A stretch of DNA of 64,000 bases, taken from a virus. The first letter of the stretch is position 1; each line of letters opens with the position of its first letter. Positions 1-10,132 of the stretch are shown here, piece by piece. The DNA is taken from the IMG/VR virus record IMGVR_UViG_3300045988_164457, positions 1-64,000 of that record; one strand, 5' to 3'. Made by a program: the position numbers and the translations under genes. Below the pieces are notes generated by a model, which searched no databases, was not told the DNA's origin, and saw nothing but the letters and a program-made list of their open reading frames with translations.

Positions 1-230
1 GAGAGTAATCTACGGTAAGAAGCTATAGGGTCGCTACCTATAGTTCAGCCTTATCGTCTTGGTGGCTGAATATTGAAGAAGATAATGGAGGTACGGCGAA
101 GGTCGTATTGCAGGCATAATTGTGGGAATTGTTTTTCTTACTGAAAACAAATAAAAATATCCCGTTCTGTGTTGGTGTACAAAACGAGATATATGATAAA
201 TGCTTGAGATAATCACGAATAAACAATACT
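1..230. other. Unassigned non-coding, hairpin-rich sequence at the window edge (possible structured RNA or the tail of an element cut by the window)
   Basis: Only short overlapping minus-strand ORFs (34-226) without RBS. Local stems: CTATAGG 23-29 / CCTATAG 37-43 and CAGCC 46-50 / GGCTG 64-68. Confidence 0.2.
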
Positions 231-245
231 GAAAGGATAGTTATA

Positions 246-395
246 ATGCTTGAAGTTTTACAATATATTTTTAGTAGTTTTTGGATATGGTTGGGTTTTA
301 CGATAATTATATCTGTAATTATGTATGCATTAAAAAACCTTGTTCTTGCAGCTTTAACTATTATTTGTGGAATACGGAAAAATAGAGCAAATTAA
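246..395 (+). CDS. Small hydrophobic membrane peptide (49 aa), below the ORF-track cutoff
   Basis: ATG at 246 preceded by GAAAGGA at 8 nt. Translation is MLEVLQYIFSSFWIWLGFTIIISVIMYALKNLVLAALTIICGIRKNRAN. The stop overlaps the stop of the convergent 392-1243 gene. Confidence 0.35.
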   Translation: MLEVLQYIFSSFWIWLGFTIIISVIMYALKNLVLAALTIICGIRKNRAN

Positions 396-1243
396 TGGTC
401 CATATTTATATCCTTGCAACAAGTGTTATAAAAAGAAATACCAAATGTGGTTAATCCTAACACTTTATTTTCGTAAATTGCTGATTGATTTACTGTATCT
501 GTAATCAGCTTTGCTATTTCCTTATTACAGAATTCAACGACTTTAGGATTTTTATCAATATTATCATAAAGAGATTCGTCAAATAGTTGATTATCCATTT
601 TAAAAAGCAATCCTAATCTAATTAAATTGTCTAATGATACTGAAATAGTATGAACATCATACAAATCATAATCTGTAAGATAAACATTGCTATGGAGAAC
701 TAAGTCATTGGATTTATTAACTATACTAAACTCTTTTATAGGCAGGGAAAATTGGTGTTCGCTAAAACTTTTAAAAATAATTGCATCAATTGGATCCATT
801 TGTCGAATTATATCGACATGTGCTGGATGTGCCTGTGCTGAAGTCTTAGCATAAACAGATTTTGCTAAAAGATTAGCATACATATCTCTTAATACTTCAT
901 TGTCTATTGATACTGATATAGCCTGAAGTGCAGGGACAAATACATAATTCGGCGGTGTTACTATTTCTTCATCAGGTATTTTCTCTAATTTTTTTTCTAA
1001 TAATTTGGCTGTTTCTTTTACAGAATGCTCTTTGTTTAATATCCAAATATCAATCGGTGAACATATCGCATTAATTAATCTGCCAATTCTTGATATTCCC
1101 TTGACAGGTTCGGCAAGTGCTTTACCCATTTCTTGAGCGGCTGGTTTAACCGCATCGCTATAAACGTCTTTGACTATTCCGTCATTATTAGTCACGTTGT
1201 TTAAAAGATTTTTTCCTGCATTAATTAAATTATTTGTTTCCAT
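392..1243 (-). CDS. Abi-alpha / DUF4393-like abortive-infection family protein
   Basis: 283 aa. The central block ...PPNYVFVPALQAISVSIDNEVLRDMYANLLAKSVYAKTSAQAHPAHVDIIRQMDPIDAIIFKSF matches the pattern I associate with PF14337 (Abi_alpha). GGA-rich RBS upstream of the ATG. Confidence 0.55.
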   Translation of the reverse strand: METNNLINAGKNLLNNVTNNDGIVKDVYSDAVKPAAQEMGKALAEPVKGISRIGRLINAICSPIDIWILNKEHSVKETAKLLEKKLEKIPDEEIVTPPNYVFVPALQAISVSIDNEVLRDMYANLLAKSVYAKTSAQAHPAHVDIIRQMDPIDAIIFKSFSEHQFSLPIKEFSIVNKSNDLVLHSNVYLTDYDLYDVHTISVSLDNLIRLGLLFKMDNQLFDESLYDNIDKNPKVVEFCNKEIAKLITDTVNQSAIYENKVLGLTTFGISFYNTCCKDINMDH

Positions 1244-1540
1244 ATATTATTCATCCTTTCTGTTATTGTAAAATTGTATTTTATCCATCTTTAGAATAAT
1301 TCAAATACTATGCTTGGTTTGTATGTAATATCTTAAGATATCTATAGCATATCACTTTTGCATAATATTTACAATAGTTTTTTGCAATTAAAGGCTATAG
1401 AAAAAACTGCAGATAATTTGTTAAAATATTACAAAATAATAGATATTTCCATATTGGTTTTCCAACTTAATGTGGATGCCATAATCTTGTATTACAAATG
1501 TAAATTGATTAAATGAATATAAACGAAAGGAAGTGACAGA

Positions 1541-2569
1541 GTGGCAAGAACAACAGTATATAACCACATAACAACTGAGGAAAAGATAGCAGAAATCAAT
1601 GAAAATAATACTTGGCTTATGAATGAATTTCTGGAGTATCTTGCCTCTGTTGACCGTTCTCCTAAAACGCTTAATGCCTATAGGAATGATTTACATATAT
1701 TCTTTGTGTGGAATATTGATTTTAACAATAATAAAAATTTTATAAAATTAACTAAGCGTGAAATAGCAAAATTTCAGAATTATGCTATAAATGAATGGCA
1801 TTGGAGTCCTAAAAGAGTTCGCCGTGTAAAGTCTGCTTTGAGTTCAATGAGTAATTTTATAGAAAATATTCTTGATGATGAAGATGAATATAAAGATTTT
1901 AGGTCTATTATTAAGAAAATTGAATCCCCTGCAAATGAAGCCGTGAGAGAAAAGACTGTTCTTTCAGATGAACAAGTTGAACTTTTGCTTAATACTCTTG
2001 TAGAACGTAAAGAATATGAAAAGGCTTGTGCAATAGCTATTTGTGCATATTCTGGAATGAGAAAAGCCGAGCTTCTTCAGATGCGAATGGAATATTTTGA
2101 TGAAAGTCATCTTGAATTTGGCTGTCTTTATAAAACTGATAAGATAAGAGCTAAGGGCAGAGGTCAGTTAGGCAAGCAGATTAACAAATACATAATGAAA
2201 AAGGTTGATAAATATATCGACCTTTGGAGAACTGAACGAGAAAGATTAGGCATTGAATCAGAATGGGTATTTGTTAAGAAATGCAAAGATGGCTGTGTTA
2301 AGCGTGAAAGTGTTGATAATTGGACTGATGAATTTTCTGAAATTGTTGGAGAAGATTTTTATTTTCACTCTTTGAGACATTATGTATGTTCTAATTTGTC
2401 GGCAAATAACCTCCCTGCTGAAGTAATTCGTGAATTTTTTCAGTGGGAGTCGGTCGAAATGATTAAAATATACAACGATAACTCGGCTGTTGATGATTTC
2501 GATAAATATTTTTCTGTAGATGGTGTAAACAAACAGGAAAATAGCAAGGGATTTTCTGATATAAAATAA
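1541..2569 (+). CDS. Tyrosine recombinase, XerC/XerD-like (SAM-like N domain plus catalytic domain)
   Basis: GTG start after AAGGAAG. N-terminal LNAYRNDLHIFFVW core-binding type motif. C-terminal YSGMRKAEL ... HSLRHYV ... IKIYN (R..HxxR..Y catalytic pattern). Confidence 0.8.
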   Translation: MARTTVYNHITTEEKIAEINENNTWLMNEFLEYLASVDRSPKTLNAYRNDLHIFFVWNIDFNNNKNFIKLTKREIAKFQNYAINEWHWSPKRVRRVKSALSSMSNFIENILDDEDEYKDFRSIIKKIESPANEAVREKTVLSDEQVELLLNTLVERKEYEKACAIAICAYSGMRKAELLQMRMEYFDESHLEFGCLYKTDKIRAKGRGQLGKQINKYIMKKVDKYIDLWRTERERLGIESEWVFVKKCKDGCVKRESVDNWTDEFSEIVGEDFYFHSLRHYVCSNLSANNLPAEVIREFFQWESVEMIKIYNDNSAVDDFDKYFSVDGVNKQENSKGFSDIK

Positions 2570-2627
2570 CATCGTCTCACAGCAGACACCTTAAAAGACA
2601 TAGTGGTTTACCCACATTATACAAAAC

Positions 2628-2662
2628 AAAGCACCATTCATCACAAAATGGTGCTTTTTTTA
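2628..2662 (+). terminator. Rho-independent terminator after the recombinase
   Basis: AAAGCACCATT / AATGGTGCTTT stem followed by a T7 run. Confidence 0.7.
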
Positions 2663-2825
2663 TGCCTTGATTTACCGTGTTAGGTGATAAAGGTATCCAA
2701 TGATACAAAGACTTACAGAGTTGCAAACTGTAAGACGAAGCAATGATAGGCTCTTCTCCCCTGTCATTGCTTTTCTTTGTGTTTAAATAAAAATTTAGGA
2801 GAAGATGTAGAATGGAGAAGAAATA

Positions 2826-4136
2826 ATGGGCAGAAAGAAAACACATGAAGAGTTTTTACAAGAAGTAAATAAAATAAATCCCCATATTGAAATATCGGGA
2901 TTGTATGTTAATGTTGAAAGTAAAATAAATTGTAAATGTAAAGTATGTGATTACGAATGGACTACTACAGCAAAAAATTTATTAAAGCCGAAGAAATGTC
3001 TATACTGTTTACAGAAGGATAAAGTTTTTGAATATCCTGATATTTCACATAAAGAATTTTGTAATATAATAACCAATAATTATCCTACATTATCTATTAC
3101 TGGAGCGTATACAAAATGTATGCAAACAATATCTTGTACTTGTAAAGAATGTGGACATCACTCAAGAATTAGGATACAAATGCTATTAGAATGTACTTAT
3201 AAGTGTCCTATTTGTAATAATGGTAAAGAAAATATTAAATATGGGATAAATGATATAAAAACAGCAAACCCAGTATTATATGAATGTTTAAAAGATAAGT
3301 CGGATAATAATAAATATACTATCAATAGCAGAGCAAAGACGGATTTTATATGCCCTTGTTGTCATCAAGTAATTAAAAATAAAACTATTACTATTGTAAA
3401 TAAGCGTGGTCTTAAATGTAAATGTCAAGATGGAAATAGTCTTGGAGAAAAATATTTTTATCAAGTTATGAAATCTTTAGATGAGAATATTGAAACCGAG
3501 AAATACTTAAATGAGAATTATTCTTTTAGATATGATTTTTATGGTAGTATTAACGGTGTTACTTGGATATGTGAGATTCAAGGTAAACAACACAATGAAA
3601 AATCATTTGAAACTTGCGGTGGTAGAACACTTGAAGAAGAAATACAAAATGATAAACTGAAAAAAGAATATGCTTTATCGCAAGGAGTTGACTATTACAT
3701 ACAAATTGATTCAAAAGAAAGTGGTTTTAATCAATTAAAAGACGCGATTATAAATAGCGACCTATCTAATTTATACTCATTTGAGAATGTAGACTGGGTA
3801 GAGTGTTATAGAAAATCTCTTATATCAGATGTGATTAAAATTACAGAACTTTGGAATCAAGGATATAAAATAATGGAAATTTGTAATATTACAGGATTCA
3901 ATAAAGGCACAGTTAGAAGACATTTAACAAAAGCAAATGAAATTGGATTATGTAACTATGACCATACTGCAAGTAATCACATTAAGGTACTATGCGTAGA
4001 TACCAATGAAGTATTTGACTGTTTGAGAGATGCAGAAAATAAATATAATATTAAACGTGGTTATTTGTCTGCTTATTTAAAGGGTAGAACAACTTTGCCA
4101 GTAGCTAATATGAATTGGGAATATATTGAAAATTAA
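2826..4136 (+). CDS. Free-standing homing-endonuclease-like protein (repeated zinc ribbons, PD-(D/E)xK/Vsr-like core, C-terminal HTH/NUMOD-like modules)
   Basis: 436 aa. Several CxxC...CxxC pairs (CKCKVCDYEW..CLYC, CTCKECGHH..CPIC, CPCCHQ). RYDFYGS..WICEIQGKQH nuclease-like block. C-terminal VLCVDTNEVFDCLRDAENKYNIKRGYLSAYLKGR resembles endonuclease DNA-binding modules. Confidence 0.45.
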   Translation: MGRKKTHEEFLQEVNKINPHIEISGLYVNVESKINCKCKVCDYEWTTTAKNLLKPKKCLYCLQKDKVFEYPDISHKEFCNIITNNYPTLSITGAYTKCMQTISCTCKECGHHSRIRIQMLLECTYKCPICNNGKENIKYGINDIKTANPVLYECLKDKSDNNKYTINSRAKTDFICPCCHQVIKNKTITIVNKRGLKCKCQDGNSLGEKYFYQVMKSLDENIETEKYLNENYSFRYDFYGSINGVTWICEIQGKQHNEKSFETCGGRTLEEEIQNDKLKKEYALSQGVDYYIQIDSKESGFNQLKDAIINSDLSNLYSFENVDWVECYRKSLISDVIKITELWNQGYKIMEICNITGFNKGTVRRHLTKANEIGLCNYDHTASNHIKVLCVDTNEVFDCLRDAENKYNIKRGYLSAYLKGRTTLPVANMNWEYIEN

Positions 4137-4148
4137 GGAGGTGGTTTA

Positions 4149-5234
4149 ATGCCACAAAAGAAACGGGCGAAACCACCTGTTGGAAAAAAGATTTGTGTAG
4201 AATGTGGAAAAGAAAAATCATTATCTTGCTTTTACACTACTACAAATCCAATGGTGTCCAATGATGGACGTACTGTAAACATTTGTAAAACTTGCGTAAA
4301 GAATGGTTCATATAATCCTGATGGGTCATTAAATATTGAATTATTTAAGCAAAAGTTAATGTTAATGGATAAACCTTATGTTCCCATAGCATTAGAGTCT
4401 GCAATAAAAGAAGTTAATCATTCTATTGAATTGGGTAAGGGAAGAACAGACGTAATAGGCTGTTACTTTAAGAATGTATCAACTTTACCTCAGTATTCTA
4501 AACTTTCTTTTTTAGAATCGTTAAATCTTGAAAAACAAGGGAAAGATATTAAAGACGCTGTTACAACAACAGAAAAAAAAGGTAGAACAAGCAATGAAGT
4601 ATATGTAAGACAAATTGACGATTTTGTTGTTACTGACGAAATGCTTGACCTTTTTGGAGAGGGTTATACAAAAGCTGAATATAGGTTAATGACTAAAAAA
4701 TTTGAGAAGTTGAAGCAGACGTATGTTATTCAGACAAATCTTCATGAAGAAGCACTGGCTACTTATGTAAGATTCAAAGTTAAAGAAGAACAAGCTACTG
4801 CACAAGGAGATGTAGGAGGCGCAGAGAAGTGGAACAGAGCTGCACAGGAAGCAGCAGATAAAGCAAAGTTATCTCCTAAACAATTAACAAAAAGTGATTT
4901 ACAAGGTGGTTTAAATAGCTTTTCTGAATTGCTTATGGCTGTTGAACAAGCTGTTGATGTCATTCCTATTCTGCCATCTTTTAAATTCAGACCAAACGAT
5001 GCAATAGACTTTAATATCTGGTGTATGATAAATTATCTTCGTGACCTTGAGGGCAAACCATTATGCGAATACGAAGATGTTTATAAATTTTATGATGAAC
5101 GTAAAAAAGCATATGTTGAACAGTATGGCGATCCTTATGGAATATTTACAAATGATACTACTGAGGATAATCGTGAAGCAATTAAGAGATTTATAAAATT
5201 GCCAAAGGATTATGGTGATGACGATGATGAGTAA
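4149..5234 (+). CDS. Putative terminase small subunit / DNA-recognition protein (N-terminal zinc ribbon)
   Basis: Sits immediately upstream of, and overlaps, the large terminase. Basic N-terminus with CVECG...CKTC. Strong RBS AAGGAGGTGG. Assignment is by position only. Confidence 0.4.
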   Translation: MPQKKRAKPPVGKKICVECGKEKSLSCFYTTTNPMVSNDGRTVNICKTCVKNGSYNPDGSLNIELFKQKLMLMDKPYVPIALESAIKEVNHSIELGKGRTDVIGCYFKNVSTLPQYSKLSFLESLNLEKQGKDIKDAVTTTEKKGRTSNEVYVRQIDDFVVTDEMLDLFGEGYTKAEYRLMTKKFEKLKQTYVIQTNLHEEALATYVRFKVKEEQATAQGDVGGAEKWNRAAQEAADKAKLSPKQLTKSDLQGGLNSFSELLMAVEQAVDVIPILPSFKFRPNDAIDFNIWCMINYLRDLEGKPLCEYEDVYKFYDERKKAYVEQYGDPYGIFTNDTTEDNREAIKRFIKLPKDYGDDDDE

Positions 5235-6906
5235 GTGTAAAAATGATATTGATAATGTTCCTAAACTCAATGTTTCACCTATTGAGAAAAATCTTGATAA
5301 ATGGATAGAGTTTTCAAGTTGGATGATTTGGTATCCAGATTTATTTTTAGATTTGTTACGCCCTAAAGAGGGCGGTATTACATTGCACCCAGATCAAAGA
5401 ATATTTCTAAGATGTGCTACAAGATTTTTTTCTATTTACGGTTGTTTTCCTCGTGGCTGGGGCAAGACATGGGACGAGGTGGCTTCTTTATTTATAATTG
5501 CAATTAGATACCCCAATATTGAATTGTCATTAACGGCACAGACAAAAGATAACGCTGCTGAATTGTTAAAAGACAAATCTCAAGAACTGCTCCGACAATA
5601 CCCCTTGCTTAATAATGAAATTTCAGGAAAAGTAAAATTTCAAAAGGGAGATGCAGAAATAAATTTTAAAAATGGTGCTAAAATTGATGTTCTTGCAAAT
5701 TCACAAAATAGCAAAGGTCAAAGAAGAAAACGTATTAATATAGAAGAATCGGCATTATTAAATGCAGAATTGTTTGACGATGCTTTAAAACCTATTGTTG
5801 AGGTATCACGATATACTTGTGGCAAATTAGCATTAATAAACCCAGAAGAACTTAATCAGCAAATTCATTATTTTACTACCCCTGGATGGAGAGGTTCTGA
5901 TGAATATAATAGAAATATTCAGATGATAAGAAACATGATAAATCTTAATGGAGAAATGGTTTTAGGTGCTGATTGGCGTTTAGGTAGTTGGTATGGAAGA
6001 GGTTCTTCAAAAAGTCAAATACTTGAAAAGAAGAAAACTATGTCGCCTACTGCGTTTGCTCAGAACTATGGTGGAAAATGGACTGGTAGTAGTGATAGTG
6101 CTTTAATTAACGTAAATAGATTTTTAAACTCCAGAGTTCTTACGAAAGCCGAATTGAAAACATCTAATTTTTCTGATGAATATTACATAGGTGTCGATGT
6201 TGCCCGTTCTCAAAATTCAAATAACAATCAATCGTCTGTTTGTGTAGGAAAAGTTATTCGAGATGCTGATACAAACAAAATATTATCGGTTGATATAGTT
6301 AATGTTATGAATGTATCTAACACTATTAATTTTACAGGACAGGCAATTATCATAAAAAAACTGAAAGAGGCTTATAATGCAAGAGCTGTTGTTGTCGATG
6401 GTAATGGACTTGGTGCAGGTTTAGTTGATGAAATGTTAAAAACAAATATAGACCCAAACACACAGAAAAAATACCCTTGTTGGGACACTATAAATACTGA
6501 TAATAAACCTGAAACTAATAATGCTGAAAAATGCGTTTATGATTTAAAAGCACAATCAGCGCAGACTCGTATTATAACAAATTTTATAGATATGATTGAT
6601 GCAGGTAAGATACGATTACTTGAAAAGAGAAATATTACTTCTAACTATGATAACCTTGAAAGTGATGTATTTCCGTTTGTTCAAACGGACTTACTTTTTG
6701 AAGAAGTCAATAATCTAAAAATTAAATATTTACCAAGCGGAGCATTAACGGTTGAAAAAGTTGTAAATAAATTAAACAAAGACCGATATTCGGCACTTGT
6801 CTATCTATTATGGTTTATTATGGAGTTTTATAATAAACCAAAAGAAAAAAGTAATCTTGCGCTCAACATATCTTCCCTCTCACGCCGACCAACCATAGCC
6901 CACTGA
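5212..6906 (+). CDS. terL: Terminase large subunit
   Basis: 564 aa. Walker-A-like FPRGWGKTWDE, Walker-B-like RINIEES, and a C-terminal nuclease-type acidic motif region (GVDVAR..., VVVDGNGLG). Confidence 0.85.
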   Translation: MVMTMMSKCKNDIDNVPKLNVSPIEKNLDKWIEFSSWMIWYPDLFLDLLRPKEGGITLHPDQRIFLRCATRFFSIYGCFPRGWGKTWDEVASLFIIAIRYPNIELSLTAQTKDNAAELLKDKSQELLRQYPLLNNEISGKVKFQKGDAEINFKNGAKIDVLANSQNSKGQRRKRINIEESALLNAELFDDALKPIVEVSRYTCGKLALINPEELNQQIHYFTTPGWRGSDEYNRNIQMIRNMINLNGEMVLGADWRLGSWYGRGSSKSQILEKKKTMSPTAFAQNYGGKWTGSSDSALINVNRFLNSRVLTKAELKTSNFSDEYYIGVDVARSQNSNNNQSSVCVGKVIRDADTNKILSVDIVNVMNVSNTINFTGQAIIIKKLKEAYNARAVVVDGNGLGAGLVDEMLKTNIDPNTQKKYPCWDTINTDNKPETNNAEKCVYDLKAQSAQTRIITNFIDMIDAGKIRLLEKRNITSNYDNLESDVFPFVQTDLLFEEVNNLKIKYLPSGALTVEKVVNKLNKDRYSALVYLLWFIMEFYNKPKEKSNLALNISSLSRRPTIAH

Positions 6907-6912
6907 CAGGAG

Positions 6913-8475
6913 GTGATAACAATAGCAAAACAAACAGAAAACACAAATTTAGCCCCCACTCCCCTCTCCGACACCACATCTATCACGACAGCAAAAGAGA
7001 ATATAGAGAATTTTTTCACAGGTAAAACCAAGACTTTTGATTATGCTGAATTTGCAAGGGTTGTAAAGAGTGAACTTAAATTCAATAATGCTTTCACAGA
7101 ACATACTTGCATGGGGTTTTCTAAAAAAGAAATTATTGAAATGGCTCAAAACCCTGAAAGATATGGAAAACGTATTTTAAAACTCAGTGATTATATGTAT
7201 CGCAAGTCGGGATATTACAAACGTCTTATTGACTATTTTGCTAATCAGGCGGTTTTAAGATATACAGTTGATACCAAGCTTTACACGGACAAGTTCTCTG
7301 TCAAGAATAAGACCACTCTAAAAAATAATTACGTCAAATTCCTTGCTTTTGTAGATAAACTTAATCTCTCAAACGAGATACATAATATCACAAAAGCAAT
7401 GTTTAAAAACGATGTGGTTTATGCTTATGTAGATACAAATGGTATGAATAATACATACTACTATCTTGACCCTATGATATGTGGAATATCTTCACTTGTT
7501 GATGGCAATGTATATGGTTTTTACATTCAGAAAAACAAGATAAGTAAGTCTAAGTTTATCACACTTCCTCCTGCTTTACAGGAATTACTTGATAAAAGTA
7601 ATCCTCCTGATGGTAGGGTTATTGTACCCTATGAAAATTCATTATGCTTGAAATATAATAATGATTTTGTAACTCCTTATCCCCCATTTCTTATGATGAT
7701 AACTGATATTATGCTTATAGATGAATATAAGGATTTAACAAAAGCACAGAGTATAAACGATGCTTATAAACTTCTTACGATGAAGATACCAACTAAAGAC
7801 GGAGAGATTACGCTTGATGATGGACTTATTACGACTTTTACATCTGTTGTATTAGATACTGTTCAAAATAGTATAGGTGTTATCACAACTCCGTTTGATA
7901 CTTCGACTGAGGAATTTTCATCGAGCAATGCAGATGACAGAGATACCGTATCTGATGCTATTTCTTGGGCGTTCAAGAATGTTGGTGTATCGGAAGCATT
8001 AATGAGTGGAGCTTCGTCTGGTTCTGAATTAAAGTATTCTATTATCAATGATAGTGGTGATATATTCAGGATTTACCGTATGATTGAAAACTGGGTAATG
8101 CTACAGGCTAACCTACACAAATTCGTATATAACGATTATAGATTTGTTTATAAGATAATTGACATTACTATTTTCAATCAGCAAGATATAGCTAATAAGG
8201 AATTGTCGCTTGCACAGAATGGTATTCCTAATAAAACAAGACTTTGTGCTGTAAACGATATCTCCCCCGTTGAAATGCTTGGTAATAGTCTTATTGAAAA
8301 CGAGTTGTTTGCTGATACATTTAGTAACTGGTCTGTGCTTCAGACGAGTTACACGCAAAGCAGTGGTTCTTCTGATAAAGGTGGAAGACCTAAGATGGAC
8401 GAAACTGATCTGAGTAAAAGCGGTGAGGTTACGGCAAATAATGATACCAACGATAAGGCTAATAGAGACTTTTGA
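6913..8475 (+). CDS. Portal protein (by position and size)
   Basis: 520 aa directly after terL. GTG start after AGGAGGTG. Acidic/Ser-rich C-terminal tail. Confidence 0.65.
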   Translation: MITIAKQTENTNLAPTPLSDTTSITTAKENIENFFTGKTKTFDYAEFARVVKSELKFNNAFTEHTCMGFSKKEIIEMAQNPERYGKRILKLSDYMYRKSGYYKRLIDYFANQAVLRYTVDTKLYTDKFSVKNKTTLKNNYVKFLAFVDKLNLSNEIHNITKAMFKNDVVYAYVDTNGMNNTYYYLDPMICGISSLVDGNVYGFYIQKNKISKSKFITLPPALQELLDKSNPPDGRVIVPYENSLCLKYNNDFVTPYPPFLMMITDIMLIDEYKDLTKAQSINDAYKLLTMKIPTKDGEITLDDGLITTFTSVVLDTVQNSIGVITTPFDTSTEEFSSSNADDRDTVSDAISWAFKNVGVSEALMSGASSGSELKYSIINDSGDIFRIYRMIENWVMLQANLHKFVYNDYRFVYKIIDITIFNQQDIANKELSLAQNGIPNKTRLCAVNDISPVEMLGNSLIENELFADTFSNWSVLQTSYTQSSGSSDKGGRPKMDETDLSKSGEVTANNDTNDKANRDF

Positions 8476-8487
8476 GGTGGTGACGAT

Positions 8488-8676
8488 ATGAATATTGTTT
8501 GTATACTTGATAAAGGCAAAGCTGATATATTGAAGTCGAAAGGTTTTGATTATCAGATTGCGATAATTGATAACAAAACAGTATATAAGTTTGTAAATAC
8601 TCCTGAATTAGAATGTTACTTGAACAGTAATTTTTCTAATCAGGAGTATTTTAATGTACCTTATATGAATTTTTAA
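8488..8676 (+). CDS. Small hypothetical head-module protein
   Basis: 62 aa ORF with RBS GAGGTGGTG, tightly packed between the portal and scaffold genes. Confidence 0.4.
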   Translation: MNIVCILDKGKADILKSKGFDYQIAIIDNKTVYKFVNTPELECYLNSNFSNQEYFNVPYMNF

Positions 8677-8695
8677 AGAAAGGCGGTGAAATTGA

Positions 8696-10111
8696 TTGGA
8701 AAACAAAGTTATGAGATTTTCTACCGATATTAGATTATCGCCTTCTACTAATATTTGTAATGATGAGATAGCATTAGTTGATATTCTTTTATGTTATCAC
8801 GGAGAAAATCGTAACGGGTCACGAATGAGCAAAGAAACGATGAATAAGGCTATACCTACTTTATATGGTATTCCTATTATCGGAGAATATATTTATCTTG
8901 ATGACGGTTCACAGGATTTTGGCTCTCACGGTGGCAAAATCACAATTTCAGACAAGGGTATAAAATTTGAATCCACCACTATTCCATATGGTTTTGTTAC
9001 TAAGGAAGCAGTTGATAATGCTGAATGGGTAACTGTTACTGAAAAAGATGGGCATACTCAGCACGAATATCTTTCATTAAAAGGCTGTGCTGTATGGTAT
9101 AAGCGTATGCCAGAAGTATCTTCTATTCTTGAAAAGAATTATGGTCAAAGTATGGAAATCAAAATAAATGATTACTCATATAACGACAACGGAATTATGG
9201 ATATAACTGATTTTACGTTTACGGGGGCGTGTATTCTTGGCTCTAATCCAAATGGTAAAGAAGTAGAACCCTGTTACGAAAGTGCTTGTATTGGCAGACA
9301 TTATGAACTTGATGCTATTAAAAATGATATTAAGGAAATGATGAACGCTTACAATAAATTTCAAATTAAAAAGAAGGAGGAAAATTCAATGGATTTTTCT
9401 AAGGTTACTGAAGCACTTGCACAGTACACTTTCAAAAATGTTGATGATACAGATATTGCTAAGTATGCACTTCTGACTGTTGGCGAAACATCTGTTGGTG
9501 TTCTCGACAGAGAAGATTATTGTACATATTCTATTGATTGCACAGAGGCAGATGGTGCTATTGTGTTTGATATGGATAGCAAGACAAAGTGTGCTATGGG
9601 TGTTAAGGATTATGTTGAGGGTGAGTCTTTTGATCTTGCAGGTGAAATTAAATCTGTAAAGGAAGCAACAAAGACAACTTATGAGGCTGAACTTTCTAAG
9701 TCTTATGCAACAGAGTATAATGCAAAGATTGATGAAATTACACAGGCTTATGCTGACCTCAAGGCTAATTTTGATACTATGTCTGCTGAACTTGAAAAGT
9801 ATAAGAAGGCTGATACTGACCGTAAGACAGCAGAACACAAGGCAGAGATTGATTCTCTTATTGAAACTTATGCTAAGAAGATTGGCAGACTTCCTAAGTT
9901 CCTTTGTTATCGTGCAAAGCTGGATTATTCAAAGGAAACTGCCGATGTTGAGAGAGAGCTTACTGTAATGGCTGGTGAAGCTATGATGGACAAGGGTACT
10001 GCAAACTTTAGCTACTCCCCTGTTGTTACTCCTGTTGGAAAGGTATCTGCTGAAAAGTATGCTGGTTCTGACAGATACGGAAATCTTCTTGATAAGTATA
10101 TGAACGACTAA
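8696..10111 (+). CDS. Scaffolding protein, possibly fused to a prohead-protease-like N domain
   Basis: 471 aa. The C-terminal half is a charged coiled coil (EAELSKSYATEYNAKIDEITQAYADLKANFDTMSAELEKYKKADTDRKTAEHKAEIDSL). Lies between portal and capsid. Confidence 0.45.
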   Translation: MENKVMRFSTDIRLSPSTNICNDEIALVDILLCYHGENRNGSRMSKETMNKAIPTLYGIPIIGEYIYLDDGSQDFGSHGGKITISDKGIKFESTTIPYGFVTKEAVDNAEWVTVTEKDGHTQHEYLSLKGCAVWYKRMPEVSSILEKNYGQSMEIKINDYSYNDNGIMDITDFTFTGACILGSNPNGKEVEPCYESACIGRHYELDAIKNDIKEMMNAYNKFQIKKKEENSMDFSKVTEALAQYTFKNVDDTDIAKYALLTVGETSVGVLDREDYCTYSIDCTEADGAIVFDMDSKTKCAMGVKDYVEGESFDLAGEIKSVKEATKTTYEAELSKSYATEYNAKIDEITQAYADLKANFDTMSAELEKYKKADTDRKTAEHKAEIDSLIETYAKKIGRLPKFLCYRAKLDYSKETADVERELTVMAGEAMMDKGTANFSYSPVVTPVGKVSAEKYAGSDRYGNLLDKYMND

Positions 10112-10132
10112 TTAGAAAGGAAATGATTAATT

